Positions 42,676-52,101 are shown, counted from the whole stretch's first letter. The stretch is DNA of 63,575 bases, filler included, from Deltaproteobacteria bacterium (GCA_016202395.1; 7 parts of 7 records of this genome joined end to end with filler, not necessarily neighbours in it), one strand, 5' to 3'. Numbers and translations are program-made. The notes: generated by a model not told the origin, from the letters alone.

Positions 42676-43257
42676 TGGTTTCACCCTTTCTTTACGATTC
42701 CGCTCCGCAACGATAATGGCTTTAAGTTTAACCAACGCCTCCTCAAACACATCGTTCACCACAAAGTAGTCGTATTTCTCGCTCTGGCGGATCTCCTCTT
42801 GAGCTTTCTTGAGGCGTTCTTCAAGTTCTTGAGAGGTATTTTTCCCTCGATGCTCCAGACGCAACCGAAGATGATCCAGGGAAGGAGGGAAAATAAAGAC
42901 CAACACGGAATTGGGATACATCGATTTGAGAGCCAGAGCTCCCTGCGTGTCGATCTCGAAAAGAAGGTCGTTGCCATGCTCTACCTGATCTTCAATAAAT
43001 TTTCGAGAGGTGCCGTAACGTTGTCCATAGACCCTAGCCCATTCTGCAAACTCTTTCTTCTGGATCTTCTTTTCAAATTGCTCCTGTGTCAAAAAGAAAT
43101 AGTCTTTCCCTTCCTGTTCCCCTTCTCTTTTGGGACGCGTCGTTGAAGAGATAGAAAGGATCAGATCAGGGAATGCCCGAAGGAGTTCACTACAGAGAGA
43201 GGTTTTTCCAGTCCCCGAGGGGGCCGAAACAATAAAAAGGATCCCTTTGCGAATCAT
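42628..43257 (-). CDS. gmk: Guanylate kinase (start revised)
   Basis: SAPSGTGKT, TTRPKREGE..G.DYFF, YGTS. Confidence 0.96.
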   Translation of the reverse strand: MIRKGILFIVSAPSGTGKTSLCSELLRAFPDLILSISSTTRPKREGEQEGKDYFFLTQEQFEKKIQKKEFAEWARVYGQRYGTSRKFIEDQVEHGNDLLFEIDTQGALALKSMYPNSVLVFIFPPSLDHLRLRLEHRGKNTSQELEERLKKAQEEIRQSEKYDYFVVNDVFEEALVKLKAIIVAERNRKERVKPPLTLTLSPHCGERGG

Positions 43258-43342
43258 ATTTACCTCCAGTGGATAACAAAAAAGCTGGCCGCGCTCTATG
43301 AGCACGCCAGCTTTTACTAAAGACCAAAATTCTTTAAAAAAG

Positions 43343-44434
43343 TCAACCGATCTGCGGATCGTCCAACAATTTGTTCGAATTCAACGGCAGCTGCCTTAAA
43401 ACGGATGGGCATTCTTTTTGAAACCATTGAATCGTCCTCTTTAATCCTTCTACAAAAGAAACCTGGGAATTGACACCAAGAAGGGTTTCCAATCGAGTAG
43501 TGTCGGCTTGCGTCTTATGAACATCGCCTGGACGTTTAGGAAGATAGATCGGTTTAATGTTAGAAGCATTCACAAGCTCTGCAACCGTTTTAGCTAAAAA
43601 AGAGATGGTTTGGTCCTTACCACACGCCACGTTGATGATCTCTCCGGATCCAACATTGGAGTGAATCGCAGCTAAATTGGCATCGACCACATTCGACACA
43701 TAGGTGAAATCACGGGATTGCGTCCCGTCCCCATAAATGGGGGGGGACTGTTTCTGGAAAAGACAGGTTATAAACTTAGGAATCACCACCGCATACTCAT
43801 CGTCCAAGCTTTGTCTGGGACCAAAAACGTTAAAGTAGCGAAGAGAAACTGTTTGGATATTGTATATCTTTGAAAATAGCCTCAGATACTGTTCTCCCAG
43901 TCGCTTGGTAATGGCATAAGGAGAGATCGGCTCTGCCTCTTCCCCCTCCTTTTGGGGGAATTGGGTCACATCTCCATAAATGGAACTCGATGAGGCAAAA
44001 ACAAATTTCCTGATTTTTGCTTCCTTGGCCGCAAGTAATAGATTGAGGAGACCCGTAACATTGACATCGTGATACTCTTGGGGCTGCGCCATCGACTTTG
44101 GCACACTTCGAAGCGCCGCTTGGTGAAGGATATAATCCACCCCTTTCACGGCTTTTTTCACTGTGTCAATGTCCTGAATATCTCCTTGAATGACCTCGAC
44201 ACGATCTTTCCACGAAACTATATTTTCCCACTTCCCGGAAGAAAAATTGTCCAAAATGCACACCCGTGCTCCCTCAGCCACAAGCCGCTCCACCAAGTGA
44301 GAACCAATAAATCCAGCTCCTCCTGTTACTAATACAAACGCGCTAAGTGATGTGACATAACCGTCTAATCTTTTGTGGAGACCATGAATGCGTCGTTGTC
44401 CGAACAGTTGTCCAAATAATATCCAGGCTTTCAA
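43343..44434 (-). CDS. NAD-dependent nucleotide-sugar epimerase (WbpP/GalE-like); frame open to contig end, start uncertain
   Basis: VTGGAGFIGSH, HQAA, ASSSS.YG, YAITK, LRYFNVFGPRQ. Confidence 0.9.
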   Translation of the reverse strand: MKAWILFGQLFGQRRIHGLHKRLDGYVTSLSAFVLVTGGAGFIGSHLVERLVAEGARVCILDNFSSGKWENIVSWKDRVEVIQGDIQDIDTVKKAVKGVDYILHQAALRSVPKSMAQPQEYHDVNVTGLLNLLLAAKEAKIRKFVFASSSSIYGDVTQFPQKEGEEAEPISPYAITKRLGEQYLRLFSKIYNIQTVSLRYFNVFGPRQSLDDEYAVVIPKFITCLFQKQSPPIYGDGTQSRDFTYVSNVVDANLAAIHSNVGSGEIINVACGKDQTISFLAKTVAELVNASNIKPIYLPKRPGDVHKTQADTTRLETLLGVNSQVSFVEGLKRTIQWFQKECPSVLRQLPLNSNKLLDDPQIG

Positions 44435-44545
44435 ACCAGCGATTANNNNNNNNNNNNNNNNNNNNNNNNNNNNNNNNNNNNNNNNNNNNTTAATTAATTA
44501 ANNNNNNNNNNNNNNNNNNNNNNNNNNNNNNNNNNNNNNNNNNNN

Positions 44546-44647
44546 GAATATAACTTCCATCGACCCCATCAGGCCCTGGGATATCAAACCCCCATCGCCT
44601 TCCATTACCAACATCATCAAGTGTTACCGATGTACCCGTCCAGTACA
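44546..44647 (-). mobile_element. Probable IS end (IS481-like TGT terminus) at contig edge
   Basis: Reverse complement of 63457 onward with one mismatch; begins TGTACTGGACGGGTACATCGGTAACA; flanks differ. Confidence 0.65.
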
Positions 44648-44690
44648 TCTCCTTGCAGATTATTCAATTGGCGGATAAAATAGAAGAAAG

Positions 44691-44945
44691 ATGAGCAAAG
44701 TGGATAAGGTCTTAGAGCGAGTTTTGCGTGGAACTTCAGATGCAAATATTTCCTTTTCGGAAATGTGCCAACTTTTAATTCGGTTGGGTTTTGCAGAGAG
44801 AACCAAGGGGAGCCATCATATTTTTACAAAAGAGGGCATGGAAGAAATCTTGAATCTTCAACCCAAAGGGTCTCAAGCAAAGTCCTATCAGGTAAAGCAA
44901 GTTCGTTCTGTGATTCTGAAATACAAACTAGGGGGTATCGAGTGA
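44691..44945 (+). CDS. hicA: HicA-family toxin
   Basis: LGF..RTKGSHHIF, AKSYQVKQV. Confidence 0.9.
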   Translation: MSKVDKVLERVLRGTSDANISFSEMCQLLIRLGFAERTKGSHHIFTKEGMEEILNLQPKGSQAKSYQVKQVRSVILKYKLGGIE

Positions 44946-45154
44946 TGGTTAAATATGAAGTTATCATTTATTGGAGTCAAGAAGATCAGGCCTTTATTGC
45001 AGAGGTTCCGGAACTGCCCGGCTGTATGGCGGATGGAGAGACTTATGAAGAGGCGTTGGAGAATGTGGAAGTCGTTATCCAAGAGTGGATTGAGACCGCT
45101 GAAGAACTGGGGCGTCCGGTTCCTGAACCCCGAGGCCGTTTAATGTTTGCATGA
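44945..45154 (+). CDS. hicB: HicB-family antitoxin (short form; start revised)
   Basis: YEVIIYWSQED.AFIAEVPELPGCMADGETYEEAL..W..GRPVPEP; TGATG overlap with hicA. Confidence 0.92.
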   Translation: MVKYEVIIYWSQEDQAFIAEVPELPGCMADGETYEEALENVEVVIQEWIETAEELGRPVPEPRGRLMFA

Positions 45155-45170
45155 GGCCTGACCCCATTAT

Positions 45171-46235
45171 TTACTCTCCTTCTATGAGCGTTATTGCTTG
45201 GTCGACTCGCTTTTCAAACTGTTCTCGATAGAACGGGTTGTCAAAATCCATATCGCCAGGTCGACGATAATACGAAACAGGATCCTGTTCAGGAAACATC
45301 CTGTTCGCCACCGCAGTCGCAATCGCTTCTTTCATGGAAACCCCATCGGGCATTCCATTCGCAGGCACTTCATCCAGTAATAACCGAACTTGCTCTGGAT
45401 GGCTCGACTCTAACCCTCGCAATAACAGGTGAACCAGCTCATGACCCAACGCCCCTGTCTCAGAGATACCTTCACGACGAGCATGACGTCCCTCTTGAAA
45501 ATCGAAATCCTTCATATAAACAACCGCAGCGCATTCTTGAGCGCAATGATACTCACTCTTCGGCACGACTTTTGCGATGAACTCCTCTTGAGACTTAAGT
45601 TGCAGTAAAGCAGCTAAAGATCTATCTTCTGACAATAAGAAGAGCCCATCGACCCTCTCTGATTCTATAAGTGACCCCAGCGCTCTCGTCCGAAAGCTTG
45701 GGTTCTCAACAACATCGGTTAAAGAGGCCACGGAATAAGATCCCTGCCAAGTAAAATGGACTTTTGCCTCATTTCCAACAAACTCTTGCAACAGAGCAAC
45801 CGCGCCTTCGACGTAATTCGCATTCTGGTTCAACAGTCGAAGTTCTCTACCATCGGGATCGATGTGGATCAGGGGATTATTCCGGACATAGGCGTAAGGA
45901 GCCTCGGAGAGAACGGGGTCTCGACTGACAAAGCGGACCAGTACAGAGTCATAATACCGGGCGCCGTAATAATAAAGCTCGGTGGCGCGGTCGAGTTCTT
46001 GGCCAGTGTAGAGATAAGGAGTCGCCCCCTCACCTCTTTCCTCTCCCCTTTGGGGAGAGGATGAAAGGTGAGGGGTTAGGATTTCGCCAAACGGGGTGTA
46101 TGTTTCCATCTGGCTAACAGCGCCGCTAGCATCGGTCACTGCGCTCGCCGATCCCAGATGATCGGAATGCGCATACCACACCTCCGCCTGAGCCAGGCTA
46201 CACCACAACGCAAAAATGAAACTCCATCGTATCAT
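45171..46235 (-). CDS. Signal peptide + Rhs core + HExxH metallopeptidase-like C-terminal domain
   Basis: MIRWSFIFALWCSLAQA|EVWYAHSDHLGS, YTGQELD, YYYGARYYD, NNPLIHIDPDG; GHELVH plus downstream E. Confidence 0.85.
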   Translation of the reverse strand: MIRWSFIFALWCSLAQAEVWYAHSDHLGSASAVTDASGAVSQMETYTPFGEILTPHLSSSPQRGEERGEGATPYLYTGQELDRATELYYYGARYYDSVLVRFVSRDPVLSEAPYAYVRNNPLIHIDPDGRELRLLNQNANYVEGAVALLQEFVGNEAKVHFTWQGSYSVASLTDVVENPSFRTRALGSLIESERVDGLFLLSEDRSLAALLQLKSQEEFIAKVVPKSEYHCAQECAAVVYMKDFDFQEGRHARREGISETGALGHELVHLLLRGLESSHPEQVRLLLDEVPANGMPDGVSMKEAIATAVANRMFPEQDPVSYYRRPGDMDFDNPFYREQFEKRVDQAITLIEGE

Positions 46236-46255
46236 TGAATCTGATAACCCCATTC

Positions 46256-47389
46256 TCACGGACACCCCCAAAAGCAAGGATCGTCCGAATTGTTTGGAAG
46301 ATTCGCCTCCCGATCCCAGAATCCCATCTCATCAGAGTCCGCCGGCTTCTCAGAAGAGAAGCGGCTCAGAGCCCCCTCGATAAACGACATCACTTGAGAA
46401 TAAGCGTCTTCATCCCCTTCGATCGCCCGAACAACCACCTTGGAAGCCTCCTCCCCACGTTCCACGAACTGTTGGGGATTGACAAACAGAGAGGCAACTT
46501 CCAGCTCCGGTATCTCACTGGCTTCCGCCACCTTTGAAAACACCTCCGGTAAAAAGAGTGCAATTCCCACACCGATCCCCAGTTTTAACCTTGGATAGAG
46601 CCGCTGGAATCCTGCGCGCTGGAGATCCAATTTCTCCAATTCCTCTAACATCCGAGCCTCATCCTTTAAGGCAACATCAAATTGCCCCTCCAAATGGGCT
46701 AATTCGGCAAGAGCTTTTACGCGACGTTCTCCCAACTTCGAACGCTGCGCCACTGCTAAACGACCACGCTCAACCTCCTTGGGGGTGGTTCCTAACCTTG
46801 CTAACCTCCGAGTGATTCGCGCGATTCGGCCATCTGTTTCCTCGAGCTTCCCCCTATCTCTACCGATCTCCTCACTTAAATCTTGCAATCTCCACCTCGT
46901 CCTCCCCAATCGCTGCAAGGTCTGATTCGTCCGCGCATTCAAGAAGAACAACTCTTTTTCAGGATCTTCAGGAGAGAAACCGTCCGGGTCGACAAAATGA
47001 AGGGGACGATTCCTCGCATAGCCATAGGCTTCTTCTCCAAGAACAGCATCGACACTTTCGAATCGGGCGAGCACGGGATCGTAGTATCGGGCGCCGTAAT
47101 AATAAAGCTCGGCTTCGTGGTCGAGTTCTTGGCCGGTGTAGAGATGGGGAGTCGCCCCCTCACCTCTTTCCTCTCCCCTTTGGGGAGAGGATAAAAGGTG
47201 AGGGGTGACAATCTCACCAAACGGGGTGTATGTTTCTATCTGGATGACAGCGCCACTAGCATCCGTCGCTGCACTCGCCGATCCTAGATGATCGGAGTGG
47301 ACATACTGCAACTCCGCTTGGGCCCAGCAAAAACCTAAAAGCAGAATCAATAGAAAATAGATCTCCTTTTTAAAAAACTTTTTCTTCAT
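46256..47389 (-). CDS. Signal peptide + Rhs core + coiled-coil/hydrophobic C-terminal domain
   Basis: MKKKFFKK..LLGFCWAQA|ELQYVHSDHLGS, YTGQELD, YYYGARYYDP, NRPLHFVDPDG; charged helical region then LGIGVGIALFL. Confidence 0.85.
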   Translation of the reverse strand: MKKKFFKKEIYFLLILLLGFCWAQAELQYVHSDHLGSASAATDASGAVIQIETYTPFGEIVTPHLLSSPQRGEERGEGATPHLYTGQELDHEAELYYYGARYYDPVLARFESVDAVLGEEAYGYARNRPLHFVDPDGFSPEDPEKELFFLNARTNQTLQRLGRTRWRLQDLSEEIGRDRGKLEETDGRIARITRRLARLGTTPKEVERGRLAVAQRSKLGERRVKALAELAHLEGQFDVALKDEARMLEELEKLDLQRAGFQRLYPRLKLGIGVGIALFLPEVFSKVAEASEIPELEVASLFVNPQQFVERGEEASKVVVRAIEGDEDAYSQVMSFIEGALSRFSSEKPADSDEMGFWDREANLPNNSDDPCFWGCP

Positions 47390-47398
47390 AAAAACTTT

Positions 47399-48076
47399 TT
47401 ATCTCCCTCCAATCGGTTTTATCCCTTCCATCATCCACGCTATCGTATTTGTCACTTTAGATATTTTTAATGTTTTAAGTGAGAGCTGTGAAGCAATGCT
47501 TCTTATTCCCTCTTGGGTAAAAGATCTACCCGAAACAAATTTTCTGAAAAATCGCTTTGATAAAGGTATCATAAATCTTGGAAGTCTCCATAATCCGACA
47601 AAAGAATCAATTTCCTCATCCGTACAAGCCTGATCGACTTCAAAAATTAAGAGTACTCCGCCCGGCTTTAATACCCTAAGGCATTCTTTTAAACCTAAAA
47701 GAGGATCTGGCCAGTGTTTAATGGACCCGCTGCTGAAAACTAGGTCAAAAGTTTCATCCTCGATGGCCAGATTCAAAGCAGAGCCTTGTCTGAATTCAAC
47801 TGGAATTCCTAGGGAATCTCTCCGACGAAGCGCCCTTTTGATTTGTTGGGAAGATAAGTCAATCCCAAGAATTGAAAGATCCTTGCGTAAAGTGTGCAGT
47901 TGAATCGCAAGCTGGCCTCCTCCGCAACCTACATCGAGCAGAGAGGCATTATCTTGAATTCTACCAGTAATTTCTTCTTGTAACGCAAGAGAAAGTTCCA
48001 CAACAGCTGGAGCGATAATCCGATCGTATAGAAAGGATTCCAAAGGTTTATACGAAGCGATGTTTTTAAATATCAT
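47399..48076 (-). CDS. Class I SAM-dependent methyltransferase
   Basis: LLDVGCGGG, GIDLS, TFDLV, RVLKPGG. Confidence 0.9.
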   Translation of the reverse strand: MIFKNIASYKPLESFLYDRIIAPAVVELSLALQEEITGRIQDNASLLDVGCGGGQLAIQLHTLRKDLSILGIDLSSQQIKRALRRRDSLGIPVEFRQGSALNLAIEDETFDLVFSSGSIKHWPDPLLGLKECLRVLKPGGVLLIFEVDQACTDEEIDSFVGLWRLPRFMIPLSKRFFRKFVSGRSFTQEGIRSIASQLSLKTLKISKVTNTIAWMMEGIKPIGGR

Positions 48077-48094
48077 ATGAGTTCCTCCTTGTTT

Positions 48095-50449
48095 TTATCC
48101 GATAGTCCTTCCCAATTTTTCTACCAGATTCATACCCATAATTCGCCGGGTGAATATCCAGGCGACCAGAGGAAAAAGGACATAGCAGGTGATGGCATAG
48201 CTATAATCTTGGGGTCTGATATAGGTGGTAATATTGAAAAAGATGGCGCTTCCCAGCCGGTTTTGCAAAAGCCCCAGGAGAATAGCTAAAGGAATGCTTA
48301 TCAAGGTGCCAAGGGAGCCAATAATCATCACCTCAGCCAACAGAATTCTCCAGACCTTTTTCACTTCGAACCCCATCGACCGAAAAATGATAAAATCACG
48401 TTCGCGTTCGTGAATATTCAAACCTACACTGGTGAAAAGGAAGATCGGCGCGAGTATCATAACCAACAACAACATGCTTCTAATTCCAGCATTAATGCTT
48501 TTAATATGCTGATCAACAATGGCGGTGATATCTTTTTTAAGAGTCACATTGGCCACCCTCTCATTTCGGTAAAGATTCTTTTTTGCCGCCTCCGTATTCT
48601 CGCCGGTGACCACCCAGATCCCGGAGTATTTGCCTTCCTCCCCGAGGATCTTTTGCGCGGTTCCCAAGGGTAGATAGGCATATTTAGAGGCGATGTTTAC
48701 TTCCTCGACGATCCCCACCAGGGTTAAAGGGTAGGCTCCCTGTGTGGTTTCAATAGTAATTTGCTGGCCGATCCGGAGGGAAGGCCATAGGTTTCTGTTG
48801 AGTATTATTTCGAAGGCGCTGGCGCCAGAAAAATCGGCTCCCTCTACCACCGCTTGCTTTCTCATTCGGCTTCCTTCTTGATAGCCAATAACCTGCGCAA
48901 AACTTTTTTTCCCACTCACTTCGATGACTCCAAATCCCTTGAGATACCCTTCATAACTCACGGTAATATCCGGCGGCATTTCTTCCTCAATCCTCATTTG
49001 CGATACCGGTTGAGTAAAATCGACAGCGAGATTCCACGGATCCCGCTCAAAAAAATGGATCATCGTCTGATGAATGGAGCTAGTGAGAATATTGAAGGAA
49101 ACCGTGAGGGCCAGGGCTAGGCCGATCGAAAGGATGGAAAAAAAGGCCAGGTTGGGGCGTCTTAAGAGGCCACGCAAGGCATAAAGGAGAAAATACAACT
49201 TGTCTGATTTTAGATTACGGAATGCGGCCCAGACAGGCAAGGCCTTTACCGTCGGCCCTTTCCCCTTAATCGCCGCCATGGGAGTGGATCGTTGGGTAAT
49301 AAAAAAGGCGAGGAAACAACTCAGTAAGCAGAAAATCACCCCGATGAAAATCCCTTCCATGATGAATCGTAAGGGATAAAGATGGTAAATGGGAACATCC
49401 ACTTGATTTAAGATATTCTTAGTAAAGACATGATTCAATGGAATTGAAAGACATGCCCCTACAAAAGAACCCAGGAGAAGATAAAACAAGACTATGGTTA
49501 AATTGTGCCGCAGGAGGATTCTTCTTCGAATCCCTAAGGCATAGAGCACCCCCGTCTCCGTTTTCTTTTCCTCCATCATCCGGTAGAGATTGATGAAGAT
49601 TAGAATACTAATGACCATCCCCATGATCGAGAGGGCTATCGGAGCGAATTTTCGTCCGTTTTCCACAGAGTAACTCAAGTTTTGGTAGTCCAAAGAATCC
49701 CGGCGGGGAATGAAACTTTCCACTCGGATGCCGGAAAGTCTTTCCTTGACTTTCTCTTCCAGTTCTTCAACCGCATAGTTTTTATCAAAGACAAAGGAAA
49801 GACTGTTATAGAGGGGATACCCGAAGAAATTTCGAATGGGTTCCATAGAGGCAAAGAGTATACCCAGGCTCCCTTTAGCAAGAACAATCAAATTGGGATC
49901 GCCGGTAGGAAAAATGAACTCTGGGCTGAGAACTACTCCCTGCACCTCAACCTTGATTTCCTGTCCCTTAGCGGTGAGATTCAGTCGGTCACCCACTTGA
50001 AAATCGTGAAAAGAATGCATGGTTCTGTCGATGAGAACCGACAACGAACCCGAAGATATATTCTCTTCTGTAAGATTCTTCCCCTGGAGTATTCTCAAGG
50101 TATTGATGGAGGTTCCACGGAATTCGTCATAGACTATAAAAACGGATAAATTTTTTCCGCTCTTTAACTCAACGCTCCCTTTGGAAAAAAGACGTTTTTG
50201 GATAGCCTTGATGCCGGGGATATCCTCGAAGACTGGCAGTTCTTCTTCCGTGGATGGTTGAATAAAGACCTGAAGGTCGGCCAAGTTCAGTTCTTCGCTG
50301 ATTTTTGCGTAAGAATGACGAAATGAATCCAGGCTCATGTAATAGGCGCTGTATCCGCCTACCCAAAATGCAATCGCCAGGACCACCGCCACTCCACGGA
50401 GTTTCATTTGCTTTACATCACGCCAAGTTTTATGAGTGAGTGCCTTCAT
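48095..50449 (-). CDS. FtsX/MacB-family ABC permease, duplicated (start revised)
   Basis: Two TM + periplasmic-domain repeats; E.K.ETGVL.ALG and ERERDF..FRSMG motifs. Confidence 0.85.
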   Translation of the reverse strand: MKALTHKTWRDVKQMKLRGVAVVLAIAFWVGGYSAYYMSLDSFRHSYAKISEELNLADLQVFIQPSTEEELPVFEDIPGIKAIQKRLFSKGSVELKSGKNLSVFIVYDEFRGTSINTLRILQGKNLTEENISSGSLSVLIDRTMHSFHDFQVGDRLNLTAKGQEIKVEVQGVVLSPEFIFPTGDPNLIVLAKGSLGILFASMEPIRNFFGYPLYNSLSFVFDKNYAVEELEEKVKERLSGIRVESFIPRRDSLDYQNLSYSVENGRKFAPIALSIMGMVISILIFINLYRMMEEKKTETGVLYALGIRRRILLRHNLTIVLFYLLLGSFVGACLSIPLNHVFTKNILNQVDVPIYHLYPLRFIMEGIFIGVIFCLLSCFLAFFITQRSTPMAAIKGKGPTVKALPVWAAFRNLKSDKLYFLLYALRGLLRRPNLAFFSILSIGLALALTVSFNILTSSIHQTMIHFFERDPWNLAVDFTQPVSQMRIEEEMPPDITVSYEGYLKGFGVIEVSGKKSFAQVIGYQEGSRMRKQAVVEGADFSGASAFEIILNRNLWPSLRIGQQITIETTQGAYPLTLVGIVEEVNIASKYAYLPLGTAQKILGEEGKYSGIWVVTGENTEAAKKNLYRNERVANVTLKKDITAIVDQHIKSINAGIRSMLLLVMILAPIFLFTSVGLNIHERERDFIIFRSMGFEVKKVWRILLAEVMIIGSLGTLISIPLAILLGLLQNRLGSAIFFNITTYIRPQDYSYAITCYVLFPLVAWIFTRRIMGMNLVEKLGRTIG

Positions 50450-50456
50450 AATAAAA

Positions 50457-51167
50457 TTAAGCGGAGCTCTTGGGGATTTCACAGACTTTTCCCTTGGAGA
50501 GCCGGTAAGTTTTGTCTGCACCCTTGGCCAACGATGGGTTATGAGTAACCAATACAAAGGTGGCGCTCAGCTTCGAGTGGAGAGATCTCATCAGCTCGGC
50601 CATCTTCGTGGCATTTTCTTCATCCAGATTACCAGTGGGTTCATCGGCCAGTATCAAGGCGGGCTCTTTGGCGAGGGCCCGAGCGATAGCCACACGCTGC
50701 TGTTCACCCCCGGAAAGCTGATCGCTGAACTTATGGAGGACGTGCTGGAGCCCCACCAGGTCGAGATATTGCATGGCCCTTTCCTTCCGACCGTTTTGCC
50801 TTCCCCCCATAGCCTCCAACCCTAATTCCACGTTTTCCAAAACAGTCAAGTTAGAGATGAGATTGAAAAATTGGAAGATGAATCCTATTTTTTGGCGCCG
50901 AACTTTGGCCAGATCGGAGGCGCGCGCTTGGGTAAGATTGATTCCGTCCACCCATACCTCCCCTTCATCTGCTTGGTCTAGGGCACCCATCAGATTGAGA
51001 AGCGTTGATTTGCCACAACCGGAAGGACCCACAATGGAAACAAAGTCCCCTTGATTGATTTTCAGACTTGCGTCGATGAGCACGGGTTGCTTTACCTCTC
51101 CGCTGAGGTAAGATTTATGCGCACCCTCTATCCGAACCATGCAATGATTTAAATTATTTGGGATCAT
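50457..51167 (-). CDS. LolD/MacB-type ABC ATP-binding protein
   Basis: [26 protein letters not shown]. Confidence 0.93.
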   Translation of the reverse strand: MIPNNLNHCMVRIEGAHKSYLSGEVKQPVLIDASLKINQGDFVSIVGPSGCGKSTLLNLMGALDQADEGEVWVDGINLTQARASDLAKVRRQKIGFIFQFFNLISNLTVLENVELGLEAMGGRQNGRKERAMQYLDLVGLQHVLHKFSDQLSGGEQQRVAIARALAKEPALILADEPTGNLDEENATKMAELMRSLHSKLSATFVLVTHNPSLAKGADKTYRLSKGKVCEIPKSSA

Positions 51168-51200
51168 TCATTCTCCTTTTCATGAGTAGTCTTCCTATTT

Positions 51201-51333
51201 AGGGCACCTCTAAAAACCTATAAATTGCCCGTTCGTCCTGAGCCTGTCGAAGGATGAACCGTTATAAATCAACGTATTGCAATTTTCATGGTTCGACAAG
51301 CTCACCATGAACGGAGGTTTTTAGAGGTGCCCT
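51201..51333. mobile_element. Complete MITE-like element carrying an internal REP doublet
   Basis: AGGGCACCTCTAAAAACCT / AGGTTTTTAGAGGTGCCCT termini; interior CCGTTCGTCCTGAGCCTGTCGAAGG .. GGTTCGACAAGCTCACCATGAACGG. Confidence 0.8.
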
Positions 51334-51375
51334 TAAGATAGTTAGGTCTGACCCCTACTCGAAGCCTGACCCCGT

Positions 51376-51681
51376 TTACTTTACTTCAAGGAACGAAAAA
51401 TGCTTCTCTAAGCCCTGTTCTTGAGCCAACTTGCGAAGGCGGGCAAAGCACTCCTCTCCGTTACAACTCTCTCGAATCTTTTCAAGCTCAAGAGGAAAAC
51501 CTAAACCGATATCTGATCGAAGACCTTGAGGGTCTGAACCACAACCTGTAATGCCACATTCCCCATTACAACCAACGGGACCACAATCGTTCTCTATCGT
51601 TAACATAAATAGGAAAGCGCTTACCAATCCCGTGAACACCGTAAAACGCGAAACCGATCTTTCCACTTCAGAATCTTCCGC
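51376..51681 (-). CDS. C-terminal fragment of a Cys-rich hypothetical protein (frame open to contig end)
   Basis: Hydrophobic segment then CGPVGCNGECGITGC and CNGEEC. Confidence 0.55.
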   Translation of the reverse strand, partial: AEDSEVERSVSRFTVFTGLVSAFLFMLTIENDCGPVGCNGECGITGCGSDPQGLRSDIGLGFPLELEKIRESCNGEECFARLRKLAQEQGLEKHFSFLEVK

Positions 51682-51781
51682 NNNNNNNNNNNNNNNNNNN
51701 NNNNNNNNNNNNNNNNNNNNNNNNNTTAATTAATTAANNNNNNNNNNNNNNNNNNNNNNNNNNNNNNNNNNNNNNNNNNNN

Positions 51782-51828
51782 AGGCCAGAGCATGATTTTG
51801 CAGTAGAAGATAGTTTTTAGAGGTGCCC
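51782..51828. repeat. End of GGGCACCTCT-family element at contig edge
   Basis: Identical to 16843-16889. Confidence 0.88.
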
Positions 51829-51838
51829 ATAAAATCTT

Positions 51839-52099
51839 ATGAAAAAAACACCTGAAACAATCCAACACAAAATTGCTAAACTTAAAGAGAAGATGACAAC
51901 GATTCAAGAAAACGACCCGAATCTTCGGGAATTCCGAAAACAACTCAAACGGGCTCAAAGGAGGTTAACGCGAGTCGTTGGCAAGAAACTTGCCCCCGAC
52001 GGGGATCGGGGAAAGGAGGCTCCGAAACCGCAAGCGGAGGCAAAACCTAAAGAAGAAGAAAAACCTCAAGAGGAAAAGAGCGCTGAAGGAGATAAATAA
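51839..52099 (+). CDS. Hypothetical charged protein
   Basis: Lys/Glu-rich ORF ending 2 nt before pepA. Confidence 0.6.
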   Translation: MKKTPETIQHKIAKLKEKMTTIQENDPNLREFRKQLKRAQRRLTRVVGKKLAPDGDRGKEAPKPQAEAKPKEEEKPQEEKSAEGDK

Positions 52100-52101
52100 A
52101 A

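Noticed and set aside
45194-46537. Plus-strand ORFs as Rhs immunity genes
   Set aside because: Entirely antisense within the Rhs CDSs; no support
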